A DNA stretch of 64,000 bases. It comes from an uncultured Acidobacteriota bacterium (lineage in GTDB: Bacteria; Acidobacteriota; UBA6911). Below the pieces are notes generated by a model. It saw only the letters and a program-made list of their open reading frames with translations. It was not told the DNA's origin and made no database searches. Shown here one piece after another: positions 26,679-38,215 of the stretch. The translations under genes and the position numbers were made by a program. The first letter of the stretch is position 1. Every line of letters begins with the position of its first letter. The stretch is taken from the NCBI GenBank assembly GCA_963843575.1, contig CAWJKZ010000024.1:160001-224000 (forward strand), read 5' to 3'.

Positions 26679-27905
26679 ATGGCGGCATATATATACAAGG
26701 CATCGACGATCGACGGGAAGATCGTGGAAGGGACGATGGAGGCGGCCGACAACGGCGCGGCGTCCCTGAAGCTCCACGACATGGGCCTGCTGCCGATCCG
26801 GGTCGGCCCGGCCGGCGGCCGGAGCGCCCTCAATCGAGAGATCGAGTGGCCCTGGAAGCGCAAGCGCCGGGTGAGGCGCAAGGACCTGCTGGTGTTCACC
26901 CAGGAACTTCACACCCTGGTCGCGGCCGGATTTCCCCTGGACCGCACCCTCAGCGTCCTCGGTCAGCTTGCCGAGAGCCCCGCCCTCTCCGAGGTGATCC
27001 AGGGGGTGCTCAAAGAGGTCAAAGGGGGCAAGTCCTTCTCCGAAGGGCTGGGCAAATACCCCGAGGTCTTCCCCAAGGTCTACGCCAACATGGTCAAGGC
27101 CGGCGAGGTCGGCGGCGCGCTGCAGGAAGTGCTCGGCCGGCTGGCGCAGTTCCTCGAGACCAGCGAGAACCTGCGCTCCTACATCGTCGGCGCCCTCATC
27201 TACCCGGCGCTGCTGTCGGTGGTCGGCATCGCGAGCGTCACCATCCTCACCCTGTTCGTCGTCCCCAGGTTCGCTTCCATCTTCCAGGACATGGGGCTGC
27301 CGCTCCCGCTGCCGATGGCCATACTGAAGGGACTGAGCGACTTTCTCATGCAGCTACTGGTGGCTGGTGATCATCGCGGCGGGGCTGGTGATCTATTACC
27401 TGAAGCGCTTCCGTTCCAGCCCCGAAGGCCGCCTGAAGATGGGACCGCTGGCTGCTGCGCACTCCCCTGCTGGGGAAAGTGCTGCGCAAGGTCGAGGTGG
27501 CGCGCTTCTCCAGGACGCTCGGAACGCTCCTGCACGGCGGCGTCCCGCTGTTGCAGGGAATGACGCATCGTGCGCGATGTCGTCGGCAACCAGGGCATCG
27601 CGACCATGATCGACCCGATCCGCAACGGAATCAAGAAAGGGGAGGGGATCGCCCAGCCCATGAAGCAGAGCGGAGTGTTCCCGCCCCTGGCCATGCACCT
27701 GATCGAGGTGGGCGAGGAGTCGGGGAAGCTGGACGCGATGCTGCTCCAGGTCGCCGACGTCTACGACAACGAGGTGCGCGACGGCGTCAAGAACCTGATC
27801 GCGTTTTTCGAACCGGCGCTGATCCTGGTCATGGGCATCATCATCGGCACCATCGTCGTGTCGATGCTGCTGGCCATCTTCAGCATCAACGACATTCCCC
27901 TCTAG
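26679..27905 (+). CDS. gspF: Type II secretion inner-membrane platform GspF (frameshifts ~27350-27570)
   Basis: FTQELHTLVAAG, AGEVGG, ALIYP, VGEESGKLD, EP motifs. Confidence 0.9.
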
Positions 27906-28058
27906 CGGGCCCCTGGCGCCCGCCCGGGGGGAGGCGGTCCCTTGCCCGGACGCATTCGTCCGGATGGTATCATTACCGGGATAATCCCGAGCCCGAACGG
28001 GGAGTTCGTTCCGACATTCTCCGCCGCCTCAAGTGCACTGCGGAAAAGGGAGGCATTT

Positions 28059-28484
28059 ATGTCCGTCGATTCGAGGGATCGCAGGTCCGAGAAGGGCTTC
28101 TCTCTCATAGAGTTGATCGTGGTGCTCGTCATCCTGGGCCTGCTCGCGGCCGTGGTGGGCCCGCGCGTTTACGACAAGCTGGCAAAGGGCAAGGAGCAGA
28201 TCGCGAAAATCCAGATCAAGGAGCTCGAGGGGGCCCTGCAGCTCTTTTCCTTCGACGTCGGCCGATATCCGACCACGAGCGAGGGGCTCGAAGCGCTGAT
28301 CCACAATCCCGGCAGCATGGATTCCTGGAAGAGCCCCTACCTGAACAAGGCGGAGTTGCCCAAGGACCCGTGGGGCAAGCCGTACCTCTATCGTTCGCCG
28401 GGCCAGCACGGCGACTTCGACCTGCTGTCCTACGGACCCGACGGCGTCGAGGGTGGCGAAGACGACGTCGTCAGCTGGAAGTGA
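28059..28484 (+). CDS. gspG: Major pseudopilin GspG
   Basis: G|FSLIE cleavage motif, GRYPTT.EGL, PKDPWG.PY, SYGPDG. Confidence 0.95.
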   Translation: MSVDSRDRRSEKGFSLIELIVVLVILGLLAAVVGPRVYDKLAKGKEQIAKIQIKELEGALQLFSFDVGRYPTTSEGLEALIHNPGSMDSWKSPYLNKAELPKDPWGKPYLYRSPGQHGDFDLLSYGPDGVEGGEDDVVSWK

Positions 28485-28490
28485 CCTGAT

Positions 28491-28973
28491 ATGAGGAGCG
28501 CAGGGCGGCAATCGGGGTTTTCACTCCTCGAGTTGATCATGGTCGTGGTGGTGATCTCCCTTGTCCTGGCGGTCACCTACCCCTCGCTGTCGCGCGGCAA
28601 CGCCACCCTGCACCTGCGCACCTCGGCCAGGGACGTGCTTAACGTCATGCGCTACGCGCGGGAGAAGGCCATCACGGAGCAGACGGAGATGAGGGTCGTG
28701 GCGCAGCGCGAAAGCGGGACGATCACGATGACCGATGGCTACGGGGACGGAGGCCGCCCGTATGTGCTCCCAACCGGGATCCATCTGGCCGGCCTGGCCC
28801 TGGGGGGCCAGGAGATCCTCGACGGACCGCTCGTCATCCGTTTTCTGCCCAACGGGAGCTCCGTGACGGCGGAGCTCGTGCTGGCTTCGGACAAGGGCGG
28901 AGCGCTGCGCATCGTGACCGACCCGGTGACCGGGGGCGCCCGCGTCGCGCGCCGCGAGGAGGGGATGCCGTGA
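28491..28973 (+). CDS. gspH: Minor pseudopilin GspH-like
   Basis: G|FSLLE motif, IRFLPNGS; position after gspG. Confidence 0.8.
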   Translation: MRSAGRQSGFSLLELIMVVVVISLVLAVTYPSLSRGNATLHLRTSARDVLNVMRYAREKAITEQTEMRVVAQRESGTITMTDGYGDGGRPYVLPTGIHLAGLALGGQEILDGPLVIRFLPNGSSVTAELVLASDKGGALRIVTDPVTGGARVARREEGMP

Positions 28974-29437
28974 CACTGCGCAAGACCGCGGACCCCGGCG
29001 GTTTCACGCTGCTCGAGGTGCTCGTCACGCTCGCGATCCTGTCGGTCGGGACCGCCCTGGCGCTGTCGCTCATCTCGGGCGCCCTGGGCAACATCCGCAA
29101 GGTGCAGCTCAGGACACGGACTATTCAGCACGCGGAGACGGTCATGGAGATGAGCCTGCTGGACGATTCGATCGTGCGGCCGACAACCCTCACGGGTGAT
29201 TTCGAAGACGGCACCCGTTGGGCCCTGAGGGTGGAAGAGGTGCTGACCCCGCCACCCGCGAACCAGACGACGCTGCAGACCCAGCAGTTCGAGATGCCCG
29301 TGAAGATGTTCAGCTACGCGGTCGAAGTCTCTGCCCCCGAGTCGAACACCGCGGACTTTCGCCTGCAGACGCTCAAGCTCGTCAACGTGCGACAGCAGGA
29401 GCAGCAACAACAACCACCACTCGGGTTGCCAAGATGA
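28970..29437 (+). CDS. gspI: Minor pseudopilin GspI-like
   Basis: G|FTLLEVLV motif; 4-nt overlap with gspH. Confidence 0.78.
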   Translation: MTLRKTADPGGFTLLEVLVTLAILSVGTALALSLISGALGNIRKVQLRTRTIQHAETVMEMSLLDDSIVRPTTLTGDFEDGTRWALRVEEVLTPPPANQTTLQTQQFEMPVKMFSYAVEVSAPESNTADFRLQTLKLVNVRQQEQQQQPPLGLPR

Positions 29438-30311
29438 TATTCGGGACGCGCAGGCGGGATTCCAGATTCGCGGGCGGCGCCGCGGGGGCCGTTGCGCCGC
29501 CCCGCGTGCCTGCGGCCGCCCGTCGCCCGGGACCGAGGCCTGGCGGGATCGCGACCAGGCTCAGCCGGGATCGAGCCGCCGCACCGAGCAGGGGTTCACC
29601 CTGCTCGAGATGCTCGTCGCCGTCACTCTGGTCGCGGTCATGGCGGTCGCCCTGTGGGCCGTCTTTCGGATCAGCATCAATTCGTGGATCCGCGGCACGG
29701 AGTTTATCGACACCAACCAGCGCAACCGGAGCATCCTGGACCTGGTGAAGAAACAGATGGCCTCGATCTACGCGGTCAACGCCCCGGCCGACCTGCAGAG
29801 CCGGCGGGGCGGTCTACCCGATCTTTTTCGGGACCGACAGCGAGCGTGCAGTTCGTCAGCCTGAACTCGCTTCGCTTCCAGGACAACCCCGGGCCTGACG
29901 ATGGTCTCGTACGACGTCGTCGGCGACCGCCGCGGGCGGGTATTCGGTGGTCGAGCGGGAGAAGCAGTATCTGGGACTCGATCCGGGACGCGAGAGCATT
30001 TTCGACGAACGCAACGAGCCGGTGACCGTCATATACGACAACCTGATGTCGTTCATGTTCGAGTATTTCGACGCCGGGTCGCCCACGCAGCCGCCCCGCT
30101 GGGTGAAGGAGTGGAATCCCCGCGAGACCCGGGAGATGCCCACGGCAATATCGATGACGATGATCTCCCGCGACGGCAAGGGGGGACTTCTGAACAGGCA
30201 CATGGTCGTGCCGATCCTGGCGAAGGCCTACGACGCGCGCCTGAGTTCGTCAACCCCTTCGACTCGCGCCCAAGGAGGTACCGCGACGATGACCCGCGTG
30301 CGACGCGATGA
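29434..30311 (+). CDS. gspJ: Minor pseudopilin GspJ-like (frameshifted; start uncertain)
   Basis: G|FTLLEMLVAV near 29590; pieces in several frames. Confidence 0.7.
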
Positions 30312-31291
30312 GCGCGGCGTGATTCTGATCGCGCTCCTCTGGATCCTGACGGCGATCGCCGTCATAGCGCTGAGCTTTTCCCGGGAGAGCTTCGTCGAGG
30401 TGGCCGCGGCCCGCAACGCCCGCGACCTGGCCGACAGCTACTTCATCGCCCGGGCCGGGATCTCGGCGACCGTCTACAAGCTGATCGAGAGACGGTACGT
30501 CCCGCGCGTGCGCCAGCTGCAGCTCGACACGGCCGCCCGAGCCGATCGATCTCGGGAGAATTTCCGAGCCGTTCGGCGACGGCGTGTACGATGTGGATAT
30601 CCAGGACGAATCGGGTAAGCTGAACCTGAATCTACGCGGACGAGGAACAACTCCGGCTGCTGATGGCTGCGGCGGGCATCGACAAACGGGACGGCGACGA
30701 TCATCGTCGATTCCATCCTCGACTGGCGCGACGCGGACAACCTGCACCGCGTCAACGGCGCGGAAGACGATTACTACCAGTCGCTACCCGACCCCGTACA
30801 AGACCAGGAACGGCCGATCGAAACGGTGGAGGAGTTGCTGCTGATACGCGGGGTGACCCGGGACTATTTTTACGGTCACCCCGAGAAGGCGCCCGGACGG
30901 GACGCCGGTGTACCGATACGGGCTCTGGCGGTTTTTCACCGTCTACGGGCCGCCGGGGCAGCGGGTGAACGTCAACTTCGCGCCCGTTCGAGGTGCTGAT
31001 GTCGATTCCCGGCATGCCGCCGCAGGCCGCACAGGCCATCATCGAACGCCGCAAGGTGAAGCCCTTCGCGACCGTCGAGGAGGTGACCAAGGAAGTGCCG
31101 GTGACGCTCCCGCCCGTCGGTCTGGCGCTACTCTGGACGGAGCAGACCGGCATCTACACGCTGACGGCGTCGGCTCATCGCGAGAGACTCCAAGGTGCGC
31201 CGCGTCATCCGGACCGTGCTCACCCTCGACCCCCGGGAGTCGAAGGGATACAAGGTTCTTTTACTGGAACGAGAATGTGCCTGTCCTGTGA
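30289..31291 (+). CDS. gspK: Minor pseudopilin GspK-like (frameshifted)
   Basis: RG|VILIALLWIL, IQDESGKLNLN, DWRDAD, VNVNFAP motifs. Confidence 0.8.
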
Positions 31292-31315
31292 GGCACGGTT
31301 AAGGCCATAGAAACG

Positions 31316-32713
31316 ATGATTTACCTCAAGACAAGCGTCGGGATGGAAATCAGGGACGACGACCTGCTGGTGTCGTCCCTGCAGAGCAACTTCGCCGCGG
31401 GAGTGTTCACGCATTTCGCGCGGATCCGCAATTTCCGCACCCGCGACCGGGCGGAGGTACGCCGCGAGCTGGACGCCTTTTTCAAGTCGAACCGGCTGAC
31501 GCGCGACAACGTCGTGCTCGGGATCCCCCGCCGCGACATCGTGATCCGCCACCTCGACCTCCCGGTCGAAGTGGCGGACAACCTGAAGCAGGTGGTCGAG
31601 TACCAGGTCCAGTCGTTCGAGCCCACCGAGGAGGAGCGGTTCAGCTACGATTTCGCCCCTCTTCGCTCGGCAAAAAACGCCAAGCGCCTCTCCGTCCTGC
31701 TGGTGATGGTCAAGAAGTCGCTGCTCGACGCGCAGCTCGACCTGCTGCGCGAGCTTGGGGTGCGTCCCGTGGCGGTCACGGGCGGCTCTCTCGGGCTGAT
31801 CAACCTGTTTCTGCACAACAGGAAGGATCTCGAGGGCAAGACCTTTTTCGTCGCCGACCTGACACCGACGGGCCTCGAACTGGCCGCCGTCCGCAACGGG
31901 TCGCTCGCCTACAGCCGCCACGCCGCGAAGCCCGAGGCCGCACCCTGGAAGGATGTCCTGCTCGCGGAAGTGGACCTCGCGGCCGGCAAGGTCGGGCTGG
32001 GGCCGCAGGACTCGATCGAGCAGGTCATGCTCGCCGGCGAGGCGGCGGAGGCCGCGCGCCAGGAGATCGGCGAGGACCTCCAGGACTGCAGCCTCATCGG
32101 CCAGATGGTCCGCTACGAGATGCCGCCGGACTTGCGCCGGCAACTGCAGGTCGCCGCCCCTTCGCTCGGGCTGGCGTTGACCGGGCTGACCCGCCGCCCC
32201 GAAATCAGGGTGAACCTCCTGCCGGCGGCGCTGCGCATCACGCAGACACGCTGGGCGTACGTACCCTCCGTGGTGCTCGGCCTGGCGGTGCTGGCCCTGG
32301 CCGTGGCCCTCGGCTTCCGTCAAAACGTCCAGGAGCAGATGCTGACCCGCAAGCTGGACCGGGAGATCGAGTCGCTCAAGCCGCGGGTGGAGCAGGTGCA
32401 GGCGGTGCGTACGCAGGCCGAAGCCCTCGAGAAGAGGACCGCGACGGTGGAAGACCTGCTGCGCCGGCGTGACTTGAATCTCGAGTTGCTCCAGGAACTC
32501 ACCACCCTGCTGCCGGCCGACACCTATCTGACCTTGTTTCAAAACAGGGACGGCACGATCCAGCTCTCGGGGTTGAGCACTTCGGCCCCGGACCTGATCC
32601 CGAAGCTCGAGAACTCCGCATTGTTGAAAGACGTCGTGCAGCGCGGCACGGTGTTCCGGGATCCCCAAAGCGGCAAGGACCGATTCAATTTCGAGGCGAA
32701 GCTCCAGAGGTAA
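31316..32713 (+). CDS. GspL/PilM-PilN-like assembly platform protein
   Basis: Cytoplasmic domain, VNLLP motif, TM, coiled coil, periplasmic PilN-like tail. Confidence 0.8.
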   Translation: MIYLKTSVGMEIRDDDLLVSSLQSNFAAGVFTHFARIRNFRTRDRAEVRRELDAFFKSNRLTRDNVVLGIPRRDIVIRHLDLPVEVADNLKQVVEYQVQSFEPTEEERFSYDFAPLRSAKNAKRLSVLLVMVKKSLLDAQLDLLRELGVRPVAVTGGSLGLINLFLHNRKDLEGKTFFVADLTPTGLELAAVRNGSLAYSRHAAKPEAAPWKDVLLAEVDLAAGKVGLGPQDSIEQVMLAGEAAEAARQEIGEDLQDCSLIGQMVRYEMPPDLRRQLQVAAPSLGLALTGLTRRPEIRVNLLPAALRITQTRWAYVPSVVLGLAVLALAVALGFRQNVQEQMLTRKLDREIESLKPRVEQVQAVRTQAEALEKRTATVEDLLRRRDLNLELLQELTTLLPADTYLTLFQNRDGTIQLSGLSTSAPDLIPKLENSALLKDVVQRGTVFRDPQSGKDRFNFEAKLQR

Positions 32714-32716
32714 GAC

Positions 32717-33301
32717 ATGAAGATCACTGCGCGCGAGAAGAAATTTCTGGTTGTCGGCGGGGGTAGCGTCGCGATGGCCGCCCTGATCTACGTCGCGCTC
32801 GTGCTCATCCCGGCGGGGTCCGGCGCGACCGGCAGCGTCGAGCTCAAGAAGCGGATGCTGCTCAAGCAGAAGGAGACGCTGTTGCGCGAGCAGGAGTACA
32901 AGACGCGGGTGGAGCAGTATCGGCAGCGCCTGACGAAGGATCTGACCCGCGTCCTGCCGTTCGACAACCCGACTATCGCGGCCGCCGACCTGCAGAGAGT
33001 CCTCAAAGAGATCGCCGACCGTAACGGGGTGGAGATCATCCGCAAGGACATCCAGCAGGAGAAGAAAGTCCAGGAGAACCTGGTCAAGGTCTCGGTAAAG
33101 ATCGAGACCAACTGCGTGCCGGACCAACTCGTCCAGTTTCTGGCGGCGATCGAGAACTACGACAAGTCCCTGACGGTCGACGAGCTGGTCATCAACAGCT
33201 TCCGCATCCAGAAAAAATACGAGATCCGGCCCATCGTGACCGTTTCGGGATACATCGTGGCCCCCCCGGCACCGCCTGCGGCGAAGCAGGTCGGGGTTTA
33301 G
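32717..33301 (+). CDS. GspM/PilO-like protein
   Basis: TAREK + TM + coiled coil + QLVQFLAAIE; position after GspL-like gene. Confidence 0.75.
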   Translation: MKITAREKKFLVVGGGSVAMAALIYVALVLIPAGSGATGSVELKKRMLLKQKETLLREQEYKTRVEQYRQRLTKDLTRVLPFDNPTIAAADLQRVLKEIADRNGVEIIRKDIQQEKKVQENLVKVSVKIETNCVPDQLVQFLAAIENYDKSLTVDELVINSFRIQKKYEIRPIVTVSGYIVAPPAPPAAKQVGV

Positions 33302-33325
33302 AGGCGCCGGAGAAGGCAAGGCCGT

Positions 33326-34214
33326 ATGAGCAAGAACCTGATTGCCGCAAACGTGCTGCTCCTCGTCGTGGCCGGCCTGCTGGGCTGGCGGCTGCACGGG
33401 TCGATCAAGCGGTTCGACGTGGAGAACGACATTTCGAAGATCCAGCCCGTCCGGGACGTCAAGAGCATGACGGTCGAGCAGGGGCTGGCTCCGGTCAAGC
33501 CGCCGCGCCAGTACAACGCCGGCGAGTTCGACGTCATCGCCGCGCAGAATCTGTTCTCGGAAACACGCGCGCGCGAGGAGAAGGTGGACCCGGCGGCGGC
33601 GGTGGCCCCCGAAACCCCTCCACTGGACGTAAAGCCCGTGCTGGTCGGAATCACCATCGCCGGTTCGCAGCGCAACGCACTCATCATTGATCCCTCGAGC
33701 GCCGCCGCCGGCCGGAAAACGCAGCGGCGCAAGCTGGGGGACAGCTATCGTGGCTACACGATCACCGACATCGGCGACAACAAGATGATCTTGCAGAACG
33801 GCAACCGCAGAGAGGTCATCCCGCTGTTTGACGGTTCCAAGCACCCGACCGGCGGCGGTAAGACGGCGATCCTGGCGACCCGCGTCGTCTCCTTCGGAGC
33901 GGGCGGCAGCAGCGGCGGCGGAGTCGGCGTCGTGGCGGCGGGCACGCCTCCCGGCCAGGCGGCGAGCGCGCGTCGCAGTGCCCGGGCAGGCCCAGTCCGG
34001 CGTCACCACTGTGGTGGGGCCGTCGCAAGCCGCCACGCAGCAGGGCGGACAGAGCAGCGTAACCCGCGGATCGCAACAGCAGACAACCCGGCAGGCTCCA
34101 GGTGCTTCCGGTACTTCTCCCGCGTGGAACGAACGGACAGACGATCAGGGGCGGCGCGTGATTCGGACCCCCTTCGGAGACATCGTCCGCCCGGAGAAGG
34201 CCAACAACCCCTAA
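33326..34214 (+). CDS. GspC-like protein (frameshift near 33970)
   Basis: N-terminal TM, NLF motif, LVGITIAG..ALI beta domain; precedes the secretin. Confidence 0.6.
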
Positions 34215-34232
34215 CAAACTAAGGAAGATCAC

Positions 34233-36886
34233 GTGTCCACCCAAAGATCTTGGATCCCCGGCCTCATTCTCCTGCTGTCGCTGACGGCAAGCGGTCGACC
34301 TGCGCCGCCCCAGGAGCCCCCAAGCCAGAATCGGCCCACCATGAACGAGCAGGAACGCCGCAAGGTGATGGAGCGCCTGCTGGAACAGATGAAGCGCCCC
34401 GGAGCCGATGCCCAGCAGGGCATCCGCCCCGCGCCCGAGCAGCCGCCGCAGGGATCCGCGCCGGTGCCGACCGTCGTCCAGCGGGCGCCCATCGGCAGCG
34501 ACCAGGTGCAGCTCACCTACGACAACGCCGACCTCTACGAGTTCGTGAACCAGATTGCCGACACCCTGGGGATCACCCCCATCGTGATCGATCCCGAGGT
34601 CAAGGGGACCGTCACGATTCACAGCTCCGCGCCGATGTCCAAGGAAGACATCTTCCCGCTCTTCAACCTCATCCTCAAAAACAACAACGCCGCGCTCGTC
34701 AAACAGGGTAACATCTACCAGATCGTCCCGACGTCGGCCGCCCTCAAACGGGGGCTCGAGATCATCGACCACCTGCCGCCCGTGGCTCCCCCGCGCACCT
34801 CCCAAGGAGCAGCACGAACTGCCGAAGGGGAACGGGACGTCGGCCGCCGACCACGGCGCCCGCGCAACAGCCGCCGGCCGGCACTGCCCCCAAGACTCCA
34901 CCGCAGCCCAGGCCGTCCACAGTCCCGCAGGCCGTGCCCGTGACGCCCCAGGCCCCGTCCGAGCCGCGCCCGCGGCGGCCCCGGGGCAGGCCGCAGCCGC
35001 CCCCGCCGTGCCCCGGCTGGCCACGCACGTCCTTCGAGTGGAGTTTGTCCCGGTCCGCGACCTCATCGAGCCGCTGAAGCTGTTCATGACCGACGGGGGC
35101 GTGATCATGCCCTACGACCGGCTGAACATGCTGATCGTGACCGACTACAGCGACAGCGTCGCCAAGGTCATGGAGATCATTCGCCTCCTCGACGACAATT
35201 ATCTCAACGCGGACCTTATCGAACTCATCAAAATCAGATACAACGCCTCGCGCCGACGTCGTCGAGGACCTGAAGAAGATATTCGGTGCCGGCACGAAAG
35301 AGTCGACGACCGGCATTTATTTCGTTTCGCTCGACCGCGTGAACTCCATCCTCGTCATGGCCAATTCCAAACGCGCCCTCGAAGAGGTGAAGCGCTGGAT
35401 CAAGGAACTGGATGCGACCACCGGTCGAAGCGTGCAGACGTTCGTCTACACCGTCGAGAACTCCACCGCCTCCAATATCGCCATGATCCTGTTCGGCCCT
35501 GTACGGCGGTGAAGGCGGGAGCTCGGGCGTCCGGCGGCTCGGAACGGGGCAGCTCCGGCCCGTACGGCGTCGGCAGGCTCGGGACCGGCACTCAGGGCGG
35601 CTGGTCGGGGGAACCACGGCCACGCCGTTCGGCAACACGAACGATCGGCGGCTTCGGGTCGACGGGGTACCGGCAGCACGTACGGCGGCGGCAGCTTCGC
35701 TCCGGGGCTTTCGGCCAGGGCTCGAGCATGTACGGCGGCGGCATGTACGGCGGCGGCGGCTTCGGGGGAGGCGGCTTTCGGCGGCGGGTGGCTTCGGCGG
35801 CGGCGGATTCTACGGCGGCGGCCAGCAGCTGGGCCCGCGCCTGAATCAGAGCTCCGGCGTCTCGTCGCAGATCCTGCGCGGGGGAGCATTCTCCGGCCTG
35901 CAGGACACCGTGCGCATCGTCACCGACGACATGAACAACTCGCTGATCGTGCAGGCCAGCGCTGCCGACTACGCCTATATCGCGGAGATCATCCGAAACT
36001 GGACGTGCTTCCGCGCCAGGCGATCATCGACGCGCGCATCTTCGAGGTGGACCTGACCGACGCGCTTCAGCTTCGGCGTCGCCGCCACCCTGCAGGCGAA
36101 AAGCGGCGAGCACCTGACGACCGCCGCGAAGTCGGCCACCACCGGGGCCCTGAGCACCAGCACGTTCGCATTCATCGGCAATGCCAGGGAGATCCTGCTG
36201 AACATCGACGCCCTGCGTCAGAAAACGAAGGTCAGGATACTGGAGGCCCCTTCAGTGCTGGCGCTCGACGGGACGATGGCCCGGATCACCGTCGGCGGCG
36301 AGGTCCCATACCCCGGTGGAAGCTACATCGGCGCCGCCGGCGGGACGGCGACGAGCGTCCAGTACCGCGACACTGGCATCTCGCTCATCGTCATGCCGCG
36401 GATTTCGGCGTCGGGCACCGTGACCCTCGATGTCGCCCAGGAAATCAGCAGCGCGGGCGCGCCGACGAACGACGGGCCCAACGTTCAACAAGACGAGCGT
36501 CGCGACTACGCTGGCGGTGCGCGACGGGGAGACGGTGGCCATCGCCGGCCTTATCCGCGACTCCAACAATATAGCGCGCAGCGGTGTGCCGTTTTTCTCC
36601 GAGATCCCGCTGCTCGGAAGCCTCTTCGGCCGTACCAACCGGAGCGCCAACCGGAGCAGAACTGCTGATCCTCATCACCCCGCACGTCATCCGTAATCCT
36701 GAACGTTTCCAGGAGATGACCCAGGAGCTCAAGGACTCGCTCCGCAATGTCCGCAAGCTGGTCGATCAAAAGAAGGAAGAGCACGTCGAGGACGTCGAGG
36801 ATGCCCGCAAGGACCGCGTCCGCGAACGCGAGAAGCAGCAGAAGAGCCAGGAGCCCCAGCCCGCGGAGAAGCCGCCGCAGCCGTAG
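34233..36886 (+). CDS. gspD: Secretin GspD (multiple frameshifts)
   Basis: N0 domain (IDPEVKGTVTI), VRDGETVAIAGLI, VPFFSEIPLLGSLFG, LLILITPHVI. Confidence 0.9.
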
Positions 36887-36888
36887 CA

Positions 36889-36965
36889 TGGAGTGCGGCG
36901 GCTCGACGCCGACGCGGATCTCGGTCTCGAAATGCGGCGTCGAGCCGTCGAGCCGCCGCACTCCA
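36889..36965. repeat. Family A palindromic repeat at the end of the gsp cluster
   Basis: TGGAGTGCGGCGGCTCGACG ... CGTCGAGCCGCCGCACTCCA. Confidence 0.8.
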
Positions 36966-37027
36966 CATTCTGCGCTGCAAAAAACCGCTCTCCGTGTTTG
37001 GATCTTCGTATTACACTCGCGGGCATC

Positions 37028-38215
37028 ATGGCACATCTGGTCCGGCTCGAGGTGAATGCGGGGCGCAGCGACGCGGTCGAGTTCCGAGTGCGGAACTGCG
37101 CGGTCGACCGGCTGCAGGGCGTCACCCTCGCGCTGGAGGGCCAATCGGTCGAACTGGGCGAGATCGCAGCCGGGGAATCCCGGCTGCCGGTGGTCGCCGC
37201 CGCGGCCGGCTCCTCGGTCGAGCTGGTCGTGGACAACCACGTGTACCGCGGGCGGATCGATCTCGAGCTGAACATCCACCGCCTCGAAAGCTACGCCGGC
37301 AACGACCTCGCCGGCATGCTGAGGAGCGCGGGCGACGAGCGCGAGCTCAACGAGGACCGGGTGCGGGAACGGATCGCCCGGGGCGAGCCGTGGTGGGTCG
37401 ATGTCGGGCTGGAGCTCGACGAGGCGGAGACCTCGCGCCGGTCGACCGAGTCGCGAAGTTTCTTCTGCGTCCCTGATGCGCCCTGCCCTGCTCGCGCATC
37501 CAAGGCGCTGCTGGAGAGCGCGGACCCGGCGGAGCCGCGGCGCATCTTCCTCTACTCGTCGCCCGAGGTCCGCTTCGGGCGCAACACGCAGAAGAACGAC
37601 GCCGTGCTGCGCTTCCTCCCGGATTTCTTCGGCGACGAGCGCAGCAAGACCATCAGCAGCGAGCAGTTCGTCGCCCGCTCGGCCGGCGAGGGCTGCACCC
37701 TCACGCTGTCGCCGCAGGGGCGCGCCCCCCTGACCTGCAACGGGAAGGTGGTCGAGCAGGGCAAGCAGTTGCCGCTCGCGACCGGGGACGAGATCAGGAT
37801 CGGGGCGCACGAATTCACACTCAGGGTTTATTGCGAGCCGCGCACGAACGACCACGGCTGGCTGCGCACCCGTGAACTGGCCTTGCGGCTGGATCCGGGC
37901 GACGATCATTTCGCCGCCTGCCCCTGGGATTTCGTGAGTTTCTCGCGCACCGCGAACGGCCCCGAGGAGGAGTACTGCTGGCTCTTCCGGAAAGCGGACA
38001 TCGGCTGGGCACCCGGCGCAGGCCTCCGGCTCGGGCAGCCGGGGGCGCGCCTGTCATTCTGGAACGGGCGCTACTATGTCGAGGCCACCGATCCCGCCAG
38101 GGAGGTGAAAGTGGGCGGCCGCCGGCTGCTCCCGCGCGAAGCGGCGTGCCTCGGGACCGAGACGGAAATCGCGCTCGGCACGCGGACGTTTCGCTGGACC
38201 CTGGTGCAGGCATGA
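37028..38215 (+). CDS. FHA-domain protein (possibly two FHA-like domains)
   Basis: VRFGRN...TISS...CNG...LATGDEIRIG, plus a second LGTETEIALG unit; ATG at 37028. Confidence 0.65.
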   Translation: MAHLVRLEVNAGRSDAVEFRVRNCAVDRLQGVTLALEGQSVELGEIAAGESRLPVVAAAAGSSVELVVDNHVYRGRIDLELNIHRLESYAGNDLAGMLRSAGDERELNEDRVRERIARGEPWWVDVGLELDEAETSRRSTESRSFFCVPDAPCPARASKALLESADPAEPRRIFLYSSPEVRFGRNTQKNDAVLRFLPDFFGDERSKTISSEQFVARSAGEGCTLTLSPQGRAPLTCNGKVVEQGKQLPLATGDEIRIGAHEFTLRVYCEPRTNDHGWLRTRELALRLDPGDDHFAACPWDFVSFSRTANGPEEEYCWLFRKADIGWAPGAGLRLGQPGARLSFWNGRYYVEATDPAREVKVGGRRLLPREAACLGTETEIALGTRTFRWTLVQA

